Below are positions 23,332 to 34,424 of a stretch of 64,000 nucleotides of DNA, one piece after another. The stretch lies in assembly GCA_964019335.1 (NCBI GenBank), contig OZ025669.1, positions 635,094 through 699,093 on the forward strand, given 5' to 3'. The position numbers and the translations under genes were made by a program. Numbering within the stretch: the stretch's first letter is position 1; every line of letters begins with the position of its first letter. The stretch comes from Diplonema japonicum (lineage: Eukaryota > Protista > Euglenozoa: Diplonemea). The notes under the pieces are model-generated. The model was not told where the DNA came from. It saw only the letters and a list, made by a program, of their open reading frames with translations, and did not search any database.

Positions 23332-24015
23332 TTAGATACAAGGGTTGGAAAACCCTTGCCATGGTGTGACAAGGTCGGTTGCAGCAGCGTAGGGTGTGTG
23401 GGACGCAGTGACATCAGAGGACTCTTCCCTGCGGCTGGAGATACTTTTGATGAACGTCGAGAACCCTAAGGCAGAGAGGGTGAGTGGTCTAGAAGGTGGT
23501 GCGGGAGGTGGTAAGCTGCTAGATATAGATAGAGATAGTGAGAGCATCTCTTGCTCACATGTGAGCAGGGTCTGTCTGCCGCACTCCACTTGCTTAGGTG
23601 ACGCATGTGGTGTTAAGAACTTCGCGAGCTTCGCGTACAGTCTTCGCTTTGTGATTGCTTGCGCCCTTCGAAAGCCGCTCTCGAGAACATGCAGATCTTC
23701 CGACTTGATTTTCACTTTTACAGCTGCCATACCATTCCTACATGACTCACACCTGGCTTGTCCTTCGATCCATGGCCCTTCCGCCCATCTTTCGTCATAA
23801 CACTCAGACAAGCCCTTCACCTTTCCCGGAACACCAAATGACGACGTTTGAATGCTTGCATCAACACCACGTGGCACTATGACTCGCCCGAGCCTTTCTG
23901 AGACCATTTGTGCCTCGTTGCCTCCCCTTCTGAGCACCCTCTCGACCAGAGATATAGCAGACGCCAACGAGGAGCTTGCTCCCCCTGTTCTGATACATGG
24001 CAGCCGGTGCGGCAT
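23332..24015 (-). CDS. Hypothetical protein
   Basis: ORF from MPHRLPC, co-oriented and preceded by a CAG acceptor; no recognisable domain. Confidence 0.55.
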   Translation of the reverse strand: MPHRLPCIRTGGASSSLASAISLVERVLRRGGNEAQMVSERLGRVIVPRGVDASIQTSSFGVPGKVKGLSECYDERWAEGPWIEGQARCESCRNGMAAVKVKIKSEDLHVLESGFRRAQAITKRRLYAKLAKFLTPHASPKQVECGRQTLLTCEQEMLSLSLSISSSLPPPAPPSRPLTLSALGFSTFIKSISSRREESSDVTASHTPYAAATDLVTPWQGFSNPCI

Positions 24016-24139
24016 TTTGTAATGTGTAACTGCAGGTGCTTTGGCGAAAAAGTAAAATGGGCTTGTAAATGTAAAATCATGAAAAACGGAAAGGAGCTGT
24101 CTCCTCAAAGACAGGAAAACAAGAGGTTAGACTGCAGGG

Positions 24140-24571
24140 TTAGATGGAAGCAATGCGCAGTTCCAGAGAGCAGGTTGGGAGATTAGCGTTGTTGGCACTC
24201 TTACAAAGTGTCCAAAGAGGAGTATTGGCGTTCAGTGGGTACTCTGGTGCTGATTTGAGAGTGACAACCGTCTTGTCGTCAATCAGTGAGCCTACAGTGG
24301 CAAGGCCATGCAGCCTTTTGTGTTCTCCTGGTGCTGAGTCGTTTCGTGAGATGAACAAATGCACCTTTTTGCAGGCAGGGACTTCGAAATCCAAAGAGTC
24401 ATGGATAGATGCCCACCCAAAGGTCTGAGCCATCAAACTGCTGCTGACAGCACCCCCAAGCAGCAGTCCGGTGATTACGTATTTCTTCGGCCACCTCCGA
24501 ATGGCGTCAGCATACACTCTGTTGCCTGCCTCTACAACCTTCTCGACGTTCTGAACAGATGCTGCTGGCAT
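24140..24571 (-). CDS. Hypothetical protein with one hydrophobic segment
   Basis: 143-aa ATG-initiated ORF in the co-oriented cluster. Confidence 0.55.
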   Translation of the reverse strand: MPAASVQNVEKVVEAGNRVYADAIRRWPKKYVITGLLLGGAVSSSLMAQTFGWASIHDSLDFEVPACKKVHLFISRNDSAPGEHKRLHGLATVGSLIDDKTVVTLKSAPEYPLNANTPLWTLCKSANNANLPTCSLELRIASI

Positions 24572-24742
24572 TGTTTTCTTTTTATTTTTCTTTTCTCTTT
24601 TTTAATTCTTTTTTTAGAGTAAGGACCTATGCTGAAATGATGGCTGAAAAGTGAAAATAAACTTGTATAAACAGAAAATCAAAAAATGGCTAATGTATTC
24701 TGCGCACTGCGCGTGGCAGCTTCACAATTGTAGAAACAATGA

Positions 24743-27700
24743 TCACTTCGCCCGTCCTGGGAGCACCAACGGAGCTTTGCCAGTGGCAAACACAATCTCG
24801 CCAATGTACGTCCCATAGGGATCTACGTCAAAGGGAATGTTGTCCTTTTTTAACACAGATGTGAACTGTTCCAGTAGCTTGTTGACGCCTATGGACAGAT
24901 TGTCCTCACCAGGGTAGTTGTTGGCATCGCCTGCAATCCCTTGCCTCAGCAGGTCTGTCAGGTAACCCTCTTGGTTCCCGCTGTACTTCAGGGATATCGA
25001 CTGTCGCGATGATGCTGCAAAGGTGGCATAGCTGGGTTCCTCGTTGCGAAGCGATATGACATCAAAACACACGGCCGCGTGCCTTCCCAGGTGCGGTGTG
25101 GGTCCTAGCACTAGGTTCTTCAGTTCTTCAACAAGCCAGATGTTGGTTGCATCGAACATAGGGCAGGCATCTTTGGGGACAATGTACATGTGGTCATCGT
25201 TGTCCTCGTGTTCGGGATCGGTGATGGGCACTGCCCACATGGGATCTATTTCTTCTTCTTCTTCTTCTTCCTGCAAGGGCTTTATAGAAGCCCGTCTTGC
25301 AATCCTCACACTGCTCCTGCGTCTTGCTAATTCTCGTGGACTGGGTTCTGATCTCGAATTAGGTCGAGAGCCTGATCTCTCCAAAGCCTTCATCCTGACT
25401 TCGTGTGATCTGGTGGTGCTGACAGATTTTCGTTTCTGATTCTTTTGCCGTTTTGCCTCGGCCTCAAGCCTCAAAATGGCCGCCTCACCTGCCTCTTTCC
25501 GTGACAGTTCACATGTTTCCAACATACTCTTTCTCGCAAGATCTTCGTCCTCTATGTGTCCATCACGATTCTTTTCTTCATACATCAAGATGCGTGCTAA
25601 GATCTCTGTTGGCTTCACTGGCTTTGGGAACTTCCCATCCAATCCATATCCATACACGTGCAACATAAGCAGCGCGTCAGGCTCCCTTCGCTGGAGTCTT
25701 TCAATGTAGCTAAGAACAGCCTCTCTCTCAGGAGGGCCTGCTGCTGTGATATAATTCTCACGAAAGACGTGAACGTCAAAACCAACATCAAGTAGTGTTA
25801 ATTCAAGTGCGTGAGATGCAGCCACGGCTTTCGCTAACTTTGCCTGGTCGACAGCTATGCCAGTATGGAGTACCGAAGGTACAACGAGGATGGCGATTCT
25901 CTTTGCCTTGGCTGCAGTTTCTGTTGGGAAAGACATCCGCGTGCTGCGACGGTGGCGGCAACGTGCACGCGCAGCTTCTCTTTGAGAAGACAGAACTGTA
26001 GCCTTGTAGCGGTCCAACATGCCGCGTGCACGCTTTTGGATGAGGACAGCTGCCCAGAATGCAGTTTTATCATATAAGGCATTCCCGATTGAGATTAAGG
26101 CACGCAATGTTTCTTTGCTTGGGTACTTTGCAATTGTCGACAGTATGAAAAGGGTCTGGTGCCCGTTCGAGGTTCCGAACACAGCAGAGCGCACTAGAGA
26201 TGACGTCTCCGTTCCCTCAAAACATTCTGTGACTCGATTGCGAGCAGCTGGCGACATTGCACAGCACCTGCGTACAATATGCGGTGCTGACCCCACTGCA
26301 AGCAAACCATTCAATACACTTTGGACCGTTTTGTTAAGTGCCAGATTTCGCTTTCCGTGTGCATCTAAGGTAACGACGGCGTCTGTCCATGTTAAATGTA
26401 GCGGGTCGAAAGCAGAGCCACCCTTATTTTGCTGGTGCCCTCGCATGTCTATTCCCACGAAGCGCGCATCACCCAGCCGGATGACGATCACTGTATTGCA
26501 GCTCTTGAGGTCGTCTTCCTGCAGTCTGCTGATCATGTCTACAAACAATTTCTTGTAGCTGTCTAGCTTGATGACCTCGAAACAGTCCTCAGGGATCCAT
26601 GTGTATGAATCAGCAGCCTCTTTGGGATAGCTAGAACTGAAGGGGGTTGTAACTGTAGGCATCTCTTCAAAGAAGTCGCCGTGGATCACGTCGTACTTTA
26701 CTTCCTTGTAGGAGCCCGACTGGTCAGGTTCAGCACCGAAGGCGACACACGCAAACTGCACCTTGTTGTTCACGAACCTCTTCAGCGTAGACTCGGAGAT
26801 TTGCAGCTTCTTTGGGACTCCTGTCATCACTGTTTGCATTCTAACTAGCTGCTTATCACAAATCCACTTTGAGACTTTTTTCTTCCCTGTAAAGTAAATG
26901 CCACCATTCCCAAAACCGGTCACATCGACTGCAATCCGAGCTCCAGGCCCCTCGTTAATCTCCCAGTGAGCACACAACATGGTGTCTCTGCCTGTCCATA
27001 TTTTAGCTTCTCTTATGCATCCCTTAAAATACCGCTCAATCACACCTCGGTTGTTGTGTGCCCCGAGGCACACCCACTGGGTGAAGGGGCCGAAAGGGGG
27101 CTTGCTTGACTTGGGGGTAAGGAAGTCCAAGTCACAACTTTTCCTGTCAAACTGGAGCCTAACTTTGTTGAGGTGCACCTCTGAAACTGTCCACTTCAAG
27201 CAATGCCAGTCACCGTCAAAGAGGCTTGGTATCTCCGTAGAACAAGAGTAAGTCTTTCCTGTATTGTCACGTACCCATAGGTTCAGCCTGCAAGGTGTCA
27301 TCCGCCCGAAGCTTGAAGAGTTCAGATCAATCCCAAATCCAGCGTGCTTGTGTGTGGAGTCCGTGACACCAATCAGTGTCATCACTTGCTGCGTTGTGGT
27401 TGTCCTGACCCACACTTGGAAGGTAAACGATGACAGACTGGCCCCTAGCTCCCCTACCTGCCCGATGTTCATATAAGACGAGGTACCATTCAAGCAATAC
27501 GAGGTGTCCGGGAACACGTCCTCCTGCTTTTCTAAATCCACAGACTCTGCAGTGCCAGATATTCCCATTACTTCCTTGCATTCCATAGTGTCAAGGGGCC
27601 AGTATGCGATGAGGTTCCCTGGTGCGTCGATCACCTGCAGCTCTGAAATGGCACCGTGAAAGTGATTCTCAAGCAGCGTGTTGCCAGACTTCAGTTCTGC

Positions 27701-28894
27701 ACCGATGAAACCTTGCTGCTTCCATTGAGAGAAGTCGCCAGGGTACTCCCCCACACCAATCCTGATAGGCTGCACTTCACCGTCGAACTTAAAGCTCACT
27801 GCATGATCTGCGATGTTCGTAAAGCACCACTCGATGTGGTGCCACGCCAGGTCAGTTATCTCTACATTAACACATGCTTCGAAGGTTTTATGATCTGAGT
27901 CTAAAACAGAGATGATCATGGACCCAGGGGAGTGCCCGTAGTCCAAGTCTGTGTCCGCGAGGATCATTAGTCGAGGCGCAGGCCGCTCGCTGTCTGCAAT
28001 GCACAGTATACATTGGGATTTCTCAGTTTTCTCTTGTTTTACCCAAAACTCAATAGAAACACCTCCTGTGATGTATTTTCCCAGATTCTGTATCGAGGGT
28101 AGTTTCACATGCGACGAGGAACCATTGAAGTGCATGTGTTGCGACGTGCCCTTCCGTCCGTTGCCATGGGCAATCGTCGTTACACCGCTTGCCGTGGGGC
28201 GCTGCGTAGGGGGTGGTGCAAAGGTGGTTGAACGATTTTCTGTCGGTGAGGCGGGTAGGTCGTGCAAGGTAACTCTGGGGCTCTTTTGTGGAGTGGGTGA
28301 TGGGGTGTTAGAACCCCTCGTGAGATATATTGTATTCAACATTGCCGGAGATTTCGACATCCGTTTGGATGCCCTGGACGAGGCACGGGACTGTTTCGGG
28401 GACACTGAGGGCAGACTCTTCCGTTGCTGCGACACAGGTGACATGTTGAGAAATGGGTCCTCTCTGGCAGATTCTGATAATGGGGACCTAGGAGACATGA
28501 GTTCGGACGTAGGGGATCTAGGGGTTATCTCACTAGCGATGGCTGCTTTGCTGGATACGTCTTCAAAGATTTCTTGTGAAGTCTCGATGTGGTCAGCCAG
28601 CTTCTTTAGGATTAAGTCATACAAATGGTGCATTGTGTATGTCTTACCTGTCTCACTAGCCCCGAAAGTCAGCACTGTGACATCCTCACGCGCCTTAAGC
28701 CTCTCGGTGATGTCTGTGACTATTACCTTGCACTTTTCAGTTGTGATACTTTCATCATCTACGAAAGCAGCATCGAAACGTCCTTTCTCACTTCCTGGTT
28801 TCGCCTCCTGCACAGTACCTTTCGTGATCACTACTCCCACTGCATCAGGCTCCTTGACTTGAGTGCCCCCTTTTTGAAGTAATATGGATGGCAT
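24743..28894 (-). CDS. Degenerate kinesin motor domain interrupted by two LamG domains, followed by an IQ motif and an inactive caspase-like domain
   Basis: Kinesin P-loop VLTFGASETGKTYTM, with kinesin-like second-half segments later. Two LamG repeats, IQ motif LIQKRARGMLDR, and C14-like motifs (LMLHVYGYG, YIVPKDA, CFDV, FAASS, GYLTDLLRQGI). Confidence 0.75.
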   Translation of the reverse strand: MPSILLQKGGTQVKEPDAVGVVITKGTVQEAKPGSEKGRFDAAFVDDESITTEKCKVIVTDITERLKAREDVTVLTFGASETGKTYTMHHLYDLILKKLADHIETSQEIFEDVSSKAAIASEITPRSPTSELMSPRSPLSESAREDPFLNMSPVSQQRKSLPSVSPKQSRASSRASKRMSKSPAMLNTIYLTRGSNTPSPTPQKSPRVTLHDLPASPTENRSTTFAPPPTQRPTASGVTTIAHGNGRKGTSQHMHFNGSSSHVKLPSIQNLGKYITGGVSIEFWVKQEKTEKSQCILCIADSERPAPRLMILADTDLDYGHSPGSMIISVLDSDHKTFEACVNVEITDLAWHHIEWCFTNIADHAVSFKFDGEVQPIRIGVGEYPGDFSQWKQQGFIGAELKSGNTLLENHFHGAISELQVIDAPGNLIAYWPLDTMECKEVMGISGTAESVDLEKQEDVFPDTSYCLNGTSSYMNIGQVGELGASLSSFTFQVWVRTTTTQQVMTLIGVTDSTHKHAGFGIDLNSSSFGRMTPCRLNLWVRDNTGKTYSCSTEIPSLFDGDWHCLKWTVSEVHLNKVRLQFDRKSCDLDFLTPKSSKPPFGPFTQWVCLGAHNNRGVIERYFKGCIREAKIWTGRDTMLCAHWEINEGPGARIAVDVTGFGNGGIYFTGKKKVSKWICDKQLVRMQTVMTGVPKKLQISESTLKRFVNNKVQFACVAFGAEPDQSGSYKEVKYDVIHGDFFEEMPTVTTPFSSSYPKEAADSYTWIPEDCFEVIKLDSYKKLFVDMISRLQEDDLKSCNTVIVIRLGDARFVGIDMRGHQQNKGGSAFDPLHLTWTDAVVTLDAHGKRNLALNKTVQSVLNGLLAVGSAPHIVRRCCAMSPAARNRVTECFEGTETSSLVRSAVFGTSNGHQTLFILSTIAKYPSKETLRALISIGNALYDKTAFWAAVLIQKRARGMLDRYKATVLSSQREAARARCRHRRSTRMSFPTETAAKAKRIAILVVPSVLHTGIAVDQAKLAKAVAASHALELTLLDVGFDVHVFRENYITAAGPPEREAVLSYIERLQRREPDALLMLHVYGYGLDGKFPKPVKPTEILARILMYEEKNRDGHIEDEDLARKSMLETCELSRKEAGEAAILRLEAEAKRQKNQKRKSVSTTRSHEVRMKALERSGSRPNSRSEPSPRELARRRSSVRIARRASIKPLQEEEEEEEIDPMWAVPITDPEHEDNDDHMYIVPKDACPMFDATNIWLVEELKNLVLGPTPHLGRHAAVCFDVISLRNEEPSYATFAASSRQSISLKYSGNQEGYLTDLLRQGIAGDANNYPGEDNLSIGVNKLLEQFTSVLKKDNIPFDVDPYGTYIGEIVFATGKAPLVLPGRAK

Positions 28895-29506
28895 TTGTGT
28901 GCCTGTGGTGTATAATAGATGTAGAAACAAACAAAGGAGACAAGAAACAAAGAACGTACTTGTGCATTTGCCACTTTATTATGCCCAACAAGGTGCATTG
29001 TAGGGCTCAAGTCAACTACGAAGACAACGGTCGGTCAGCAGAAGAGAAAAGAAAGAAGCGAAGAAGAAAAAGAACTTGGGTTGTTATATCAGTTTACTGA
29101 GTGCGGTGAGCAACTCAACTTAATGCATACAACCAAAACTAACTAACTAAGTAAATAACATAAATAACCGAACATACTGGGACCCCGGGTCAGATCGCAA
29201 AGTTTTTTTTCTATACTCAGTCAGTCATGCCGTAAAGCGCTCTGTAACTACAACTTAGATAGTGAGATAAAAATGCGAAAAGGTTTGCGTTGTAAGCATT
29301 CATTTTCGCATGCGATAGACAAGACGGAAAACTTGAGTTAGCCGACCCAGCATAGGGATTGGAATTTTATAAACAGATGAACCGCTGTGGGGTGCTCTGG
29401 GATGAACTCCCAGCGGTGTCGTTATGACATAAACAGAAAAGAAGAAAACTAAAACAAAGGCAATTTACCGTAACTAAGAGGCGCGTCATGTGGCTAAAGT
29501 GAGTCA

Positions 29507-32500
29507 TCAGAAGTTGGAGGATGTCTCCCTCATAGGGGAGCTTTGGGAGTTGATGTCAGAGGCGGAGGCGGAGCCGTACATGGGTACAGAGTCGGCTTGG
29601 AAAGACATGTCGGGCTGCATGGTGCTCTGGTCTGCACCATTAGGAGTGATCTCCGTACCGAAAAGATGGTGCTGAACGGATGAGTCGCTAAAGTTGGGAA
29701 GCGTTGAGAAGGACACAGCGCGCGTGCCTGACACATCAAAGCTTGCGTGGCACAGCAGTGCATAGATGTATGCCAGTGTTACATCGGTGCTGTATTGCTC
29801 TCTGAGTTTTTCGAAGTCTTGCAGATCTCCCTTCAACGCCTTGTGGAAAGCTGACGTGTAGGCAACACCCTTTGCTAACCTCTTCTCCACCCCGTTCCCA
29901 CCCAGACCCACCCACTCAACCCCGTCAATGAGCTGCTGCAGGACGGGAGCCAGAACCTCGTAGACGGACACCACCACACGTGCGTTCTGCGTTGTGAAGT
30001 CCCACCTGTCGACAATGCGCACTACATCCCTGACAGGGTCACTCTCCATCCCTTTTTTCTCAGGCGTGGTGTCGGCAACAAGGATCTGCATGTTCAAGCC
30101 ATTCGCGTAGTCTGCAAGTGACGAGGCGATCCTCAGGTTCCGTCCCACGATAGCGTGAAACCTTCGCTTCGAGGTTCCGACATTCCCATGCAGAGTCTTC
30201 CCTGTCACGATGCCTACCGTGATGGCGGACCGGATCTTCCGCACCAGGTTCACAGCGAAGGTCGATGCGTTCATGACATGCCTGCTACTTTGCGAATTCC
30301 ATGAAACCAATACCTCCGTACCCCACACCATCGACACAACACCTCCTGTCTCGTTTCCTAAGTCGGTTGCAAATCTGATAACCTGATTCAGTGAAGACAT
30401 CAGGTTGCTGTTAGGCCACACTTTGACAACCCCAATTGTCAACATTTTGTTTTCAAGTTTTAATTCCATATGTTTTAGCCCATGGCTGGCTCTTGTCGCT
30501 GGAGAGTGTGTTGCAACTTGTACCTGCATGCCATCGTCTTTTAGTCTGTCAGACAAGGTTCTGGGTGTTAGCAGATGCAGGATGGTGTTGCCTTCGATGC
30601 CTTTAAGCTGCTTCCCTCCAATGTCCATGACAGTGGGGTGGTCCAGCTCGCCAAGACGGGGGCCAATCACCTCCAGCAAGGTGTCCGTTATACAGACAGT
30701 GCCACCTTTTGCAACGCCTTCTGCGCGTGAGGCTTTTGCGACATTCTCCCCCCTGTAGTCTGTCCTCGCCGTGATGGGGTTCTCTTCGACGATAGCATTG
30801 CCACAGTGCACACCCATGCGGATCCTCAGGCCGTTCCAGAGAGGTTTGCCGCTGGACTCGATGAGATCGAGACCTAAACCTTTGGGCCAGGTTTGATCGA
30901 GAAGCTCACGTTGGACACTCAAACAAAAGGCGATAGCGTTGATGCAGTCTTCGAAAACGACCATGAAGGCATCGCCTATTGTTTTCACTTCGTAACCAGA
31001 GTAGAAGTGAATGCTGGTCCTCATTGTCTCATTGTGAATATCCATAGCAGCGTTCATAGCTTCTTGTGAATGCGCCCACAGTGCGGTGCTTCCCTGTATG
31101 TCAGTAAAGACAAAGGTAATGTTATCGCCTGTGGGGGGCTCTGCTGCAGCGCCACCAATCACTTCACCCCTCACTAGCAACGATGCTGGAACAAACGATC
31201 TGAACTCTTTGAGTTTCTGAATCATCCTGATGAATGAGTCCTGCATTGCGGCAACCTCTTTGAATGTAGACAGGTTGGAGTTATCGCGCACCTGCTCCAG
31301 GTGCATGTTTGCAACGTGACGCATATCGTCCTTTAGTGCCGTGATAGGACTTGTGATGTAGACCGACAGCACGAAGCACCCAATGCTCAAGATCAGCATA
31401 ATGGCTGCGATGACAATGATGAGAAGACGCTGGTCACTTTTTATCTTATCATCAACTTCGTTGTCAGCAGCGATGCGCTGTTCGGTGCTATTCTGTAGCA
31501 GACTATCGACCGAGGACGTGTAGAACTCCCGCTCAACAGAATACGTAATCCACCAATCAGTGCCCATCCACAGGGCGTTATCGGGGTTCATGTCGACAAG
31601 CCTTTTTGATTTGATATAAACAGCTACATTCTCCACGTAGTTCAGTGAGAGGACAGAGTATTGCAGATAGTTTCCGTCGATAAGGAGGGCAATGTTTCGG
31701 ATTACTGAGTCCGTTGCGTTCTGGTCATTGAGAGGAAGGGTTACATTCTCTATCCTGTTGAAGATAGGGTCGTATTCTTCTTTCTTGGCTGTGCCCTCGC
31801 CATGTGACACGCCTGTCAAGAGCTTAGGCTCTTTGTTTACTGAGAGCCGATCGAAGTTTGGGAACTGCGACTGTGCAACCGTCCATGCTCTGCCGTGGGT
31901 GGAGTTGTCGAGCGAGTGCAACGAGTGCTTCAGAAAATCGGAGATGATACGTAGGTCGGATATAACAAAGACTGAACCCAACCAAGTACCCTTATCATCC
32001 GTGATAGTGCGTACGAGCATGTTCCCGAAGTAGCTGCCTTGACCAGTGATCGGCGTCCAGATAGTTGCATTTGCTGTCAGTTGCTTCCCAATCTCGACCA
32101 TCACCAGAGATGAAACAGTGACGTTCAGCGCTATGATCCTTTCTGGCAACAGTTTCCCAGAGTACTCCATTGCTACGCTTGCATGTGTTGACCCATTGCC
32201 GTTTGAGATTATGGCTCTCGTGAGCAGGTCCCGCGAGTGTGCTGAGTACGGGTCGACCTCTTCCATAATGAGGTACATCATGTCTTGGTTGTTCACGATC
32301 CCAATACCGCCGAAACCTTGGAGCTGGTGAGCTTTGTGAATAGACCACAGCAACTGGCTTTGACCTTCCATCCACGTCCAGTCAAAGAGAGAGGCTGCAG
32401 GCTGTGAGTTCACGTAAAAGTGCATCATGCGGACCATATCTACATAGTCGCCGAGGAAGGAGCGAGTGTTCAACTCCAAATTATCGGCGAAAGCTTCTAA

Positions 32501-32818
32501 TGTACGCTGTATAGACACCCTGTTCGCCTCCTGGAGGTTGTTGAGCATGTTTTCTTCTATTTTGTCACGACTGCTCTTCGTAGAATCTAGGGCCCTTCCC
32601 ATTGTGCCATCGGACAACACATATGCTGTAACACCACTGATTGCAATGAACAGCGCAGACACAAGGAACATAGTGGTCGTCATGCTCACCCATCCCGGCC
32701 TGTTCTGTGACTCCGTGCTATCTGAGCTCAGAACCCTGGTCCGCATATCGTCTACAACAGACGCCATCTCAGTGCCGACATCGGTGCCCGACTCGGAGTA
32801 TGCGAGTACACGAGCCAT
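29507..32818 (-). CDS. Receptor-type class III adenylate cyclase (TM - extracellular domain - TM - HAMP-like - cyclase - degenerate second cyclase)
   Basis: ITFVFTDIQGSTALW, GYEVKTIGDAFMV, GLRIRMGVHCG and DYRGENVAKASR motifs, plus two TM helices. Confidence 0.9.
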   Translation of the reverse strand: MARVLAYSESGTDVGTEMASVVDDMRTRVLSSDSTESQNRPGWVSMTTTMFLVSALFIAISGVTAYVLSDGTMGRALDSTKSSRDKIEENMLNNLQEANRVSIQRTLEAFADNLELNTRSFLGDYVDMVRMMHFYVNSQPAASLFDWTWMEGQSQLLWSIHKAHQLQGFGGIGIVNNQDMMYLIMEEVDPYSAHSRDLLTRAIISNGNGSTHASVAMEYSGKLLPERIIALNVTVSSLVMVEIGKQLTANATIWTPITGQGSYFGNMLVRTITDDKGTWLGSVFVISDLRIISDFLKHSLHSLDNSTHGRAWTVAQSQFPNFDRLSVNKEPKLLTGVSHGEGTAKKEEYDPIFNRIENVTLPLNDQNATDSVIRNIALLIDGNYLQYSVLSLNYVENVAVYIKSKRLVDMNPDNALWMGTDWWITYSVEREFYTSSVDSLLQNSTEQRIAADNEVDDKIKSDQRLLIIVIAAIMLILSIGCFVLSVYITSPITALKDDMRHVANMHLEQVRDNSNLSTFKEVAAMQDSFIRMIQKLKEFRSFVPASLLVRGEVIGGAAAEPPTGDNITFVFTDIQGSTALWAHSQEAMNAAMDIHNETMRTSIHFYSGYEVKTIGDAFMVVFEDCINAIAFCLSVQRELLDQTWPKGLGLDLIESSGKPLWNGLRIRMGVHCGNAIVEENPITARTDYRGENVAKASRAEGVAKGGTVCITDTLLEVIGPRLGELDHPTVMDIGGKQLKGIEGNTILHLLTPRTLSDRLKDDGMQVQVATHSPATRASHGLKHMELKLENKMLTIGVVKVWPNSNLMSSLNQVIRFATDLGNETGGVVSMVWGTEVLVSWNSQSSRHVMNASTFAVNLVRKIRSAITVGIVTGKTLHGNVGTSKRRFHAIVGRNLRIASSLADYANGLNMQILVADTTPEKKGMESDPVRDVVRIVDRWDFTTQNARVVVSVYEVLAPVLQQLIDGVEWVGLGGNGVEKRLAKGVAYTSAFHKALKGDLQDFEKLREQYSTDVTLAYIYALLCHASFDVSGTRAVSFSTLPNFSDSSVQHHLFGTEITPNGADQSTMQPDMSFQADSVPMYGSASASDINSQSSPMRETSSNF

Positions 32819-33109
32819 CCCAGCAACCTGTTCGGTATGGATACACAATAGGGCAATACGAATAAAAGGCTTGTTTTTTTCTTTTTTCTTTTTTCTTTTT
32901 TTTTAAATTCCACCTCCTATTGGTCTAGCCGGACGACCCCACCCAGCTGGGCTGAGTGGAGCCAAACGAAAGAAGTGTGTTGAGACGTTCGTGCTTTCGT
33001 GTCGGCCTGAGCAATTGTTCTAGCACCTTTTGTGACACGGGTATTCTCTTTCCACAGTTGGCTGATGGCTTTTTTTTTCTTTTTTTTTTTTATTTCACTC
33101 TTCGTCATC

Positions 33110-33590
33110 TTCACTAGGGGCCTCATAATTTAACGCGAAAAGCTTCATAATTTAACTAGTTAAATTATGGCCATTTCGAGTTAAATTATGGCTTCAGGGT
33201 GAAAAAATGGGTCTTATCGTGGAAAAAAACAACCCCTTGAAAAACTTCTTTAGGGATGGGGTATTTTGACTATTTTTGGTCATCTGAGGTCATTCCGGCC
33301 CTTAAAAGTGGGAATCCCGAATAAGTGCTAAATTCGGGAACTCGAGTTAAATAATGACTCACAAATTGTTGGCAATAAATAGCTTTTTTTTTTCGGCACC
33401 GAAATTTATTCAATTTTTTTTTTTGGTTGCCAGTCCCCAGGATCCTTTTTTTTACTAATGCTGCTCATGGAGGTGGATGTTTGAGGTTTATGTTATGATT
33501 TATTTCTTCCACAGTGAGCACCCCCATGCACACTGAAATTTTATCGAGTTTCTTTTTTTTTTTCTCTATTCGTTAAAAAGCTTGTTTAAG
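33110..33590. repeat. AT-rich TE-like insert with palindromic motif array
   Basis: Perfect 24-bp palindrome CATAATTTAACTAGTTAAATTATG at 33146-33169 with extra half-sites. The segment at ~33517-33545 (GCACCCCCATGCACACTGAAATTTTAT) recurs at ~44180 inside the TIR element. Confidence 0.55.
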
Positions 33591-33599
33591 AGACAGTAC

Positions 33600-34424
33600 T
33601 TAAAAGAGATATTCGTTTATCAAAATCTTTTCAGTCGGCCCGTGCTTCACAACAAGGTGCCCTTCCTTTGTTAGCCGCACAGGAATCCCTTCTTGGCCTC
33701 GGGTGCCGTCAGAATTGCGTTCATTCACGGGTCTTGTCCAGTCCATATGCGAGCCGTACAATGCGACGGTGTCAGGGTGGGGGGGTGTCAGAAGGTTGCT
33801 TTTGAGGGTGTTGAAGATGGCCAAGACCATGTCAGGTGCTGTGCAAGTTGCACCATTGCTTGTGAGGCAGTCAGCAGGGCGTCCGCCATCAGTGAGCTCA
33901 GGAGCAATGCTAACGTTTACGCCAATCCCCACTATCATGTGCGACCCGCCATCTTCAATTAGATTACCCGACACCTTCTTCCCGTTCAGCAGCACATCAT
34001 TGGGCCATTTCAGCGACAGTTGCGAGTCTGCCTTTTCTGGTAGCATCTTTGTGCCAGCAGGCATGAACCTCGAGATGGATGTGATCACAGCGATACCCGT
34101 CTCAAGAGGGAGGTACATCAGTCGCTGCATCGGAAGCACAGCATCATTCTTAGGCACGCAGATGCTCATGTACGCATTTCCCAAAGGACTAACCCACGTG
34201 CGTCCATTAGTGCCCCTCCCGCTCACCTGCTGATCTGCATACACAACCAGCCACTCGTTACTACGTGATTTGCACAATTCTTTTGCTTTGTCCATAGTAG
34301 AGCTCGCCAACGCGTATCTTACCACGTCACCCGCTTCTGTCTTCGTGACTTGATATCCTTCTGCCGACATTGGTATAGCGTGTGACTTAGCAAAAACACC
34401 TAAAAAAAGGGGGGTTCTTCGCAT
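33600..34424 (-). CDS. Biotin--protein ligase (BirA/BPL catalytic domain)
   Basis: SSTMD, ADQQVSGRGTNGRTWVSP, LKWPNDVLLNGKKVSGNLIE and IVGIGVNV motifs. Confidence 0.95.
   Translation of the reverse strand: MRRTPLFLGVFAKSHAIPMSAEGYQVTKTEAGDVVRYALASSTMDKAKELCKSRSNEWLVVYADQQVSGRGTNGRTWVSPLGNAYMSICVPKNDAVLPMQRLMYLPLETGIAVITSISRFMPAGTKMLPEKADSQLSLKWPNDVLLNGKKVSGNLIEDGGSHMIVGIGVNVSIAPELTDGGRPADCLTSNGATCTAPDMVLAIFNTLKSNLLTPPHPDTVALYGSHMDWTRPVNERNSDGTRGQEGIPVRLTKEGHLVVKHGPTEKILINEYLF

Noticed and set aside
28930-29500. Possible RNA gene in a larger intergenic gap
   Set aside because: No tRNA, snRNA or SL-RNA structure recognisable by eye.
32917-33126. 69-aa minus-strand ORF
   Set aside because: Short, contains a poly-A-derived lysine run and starts in repeat-like DNA; unsupported.
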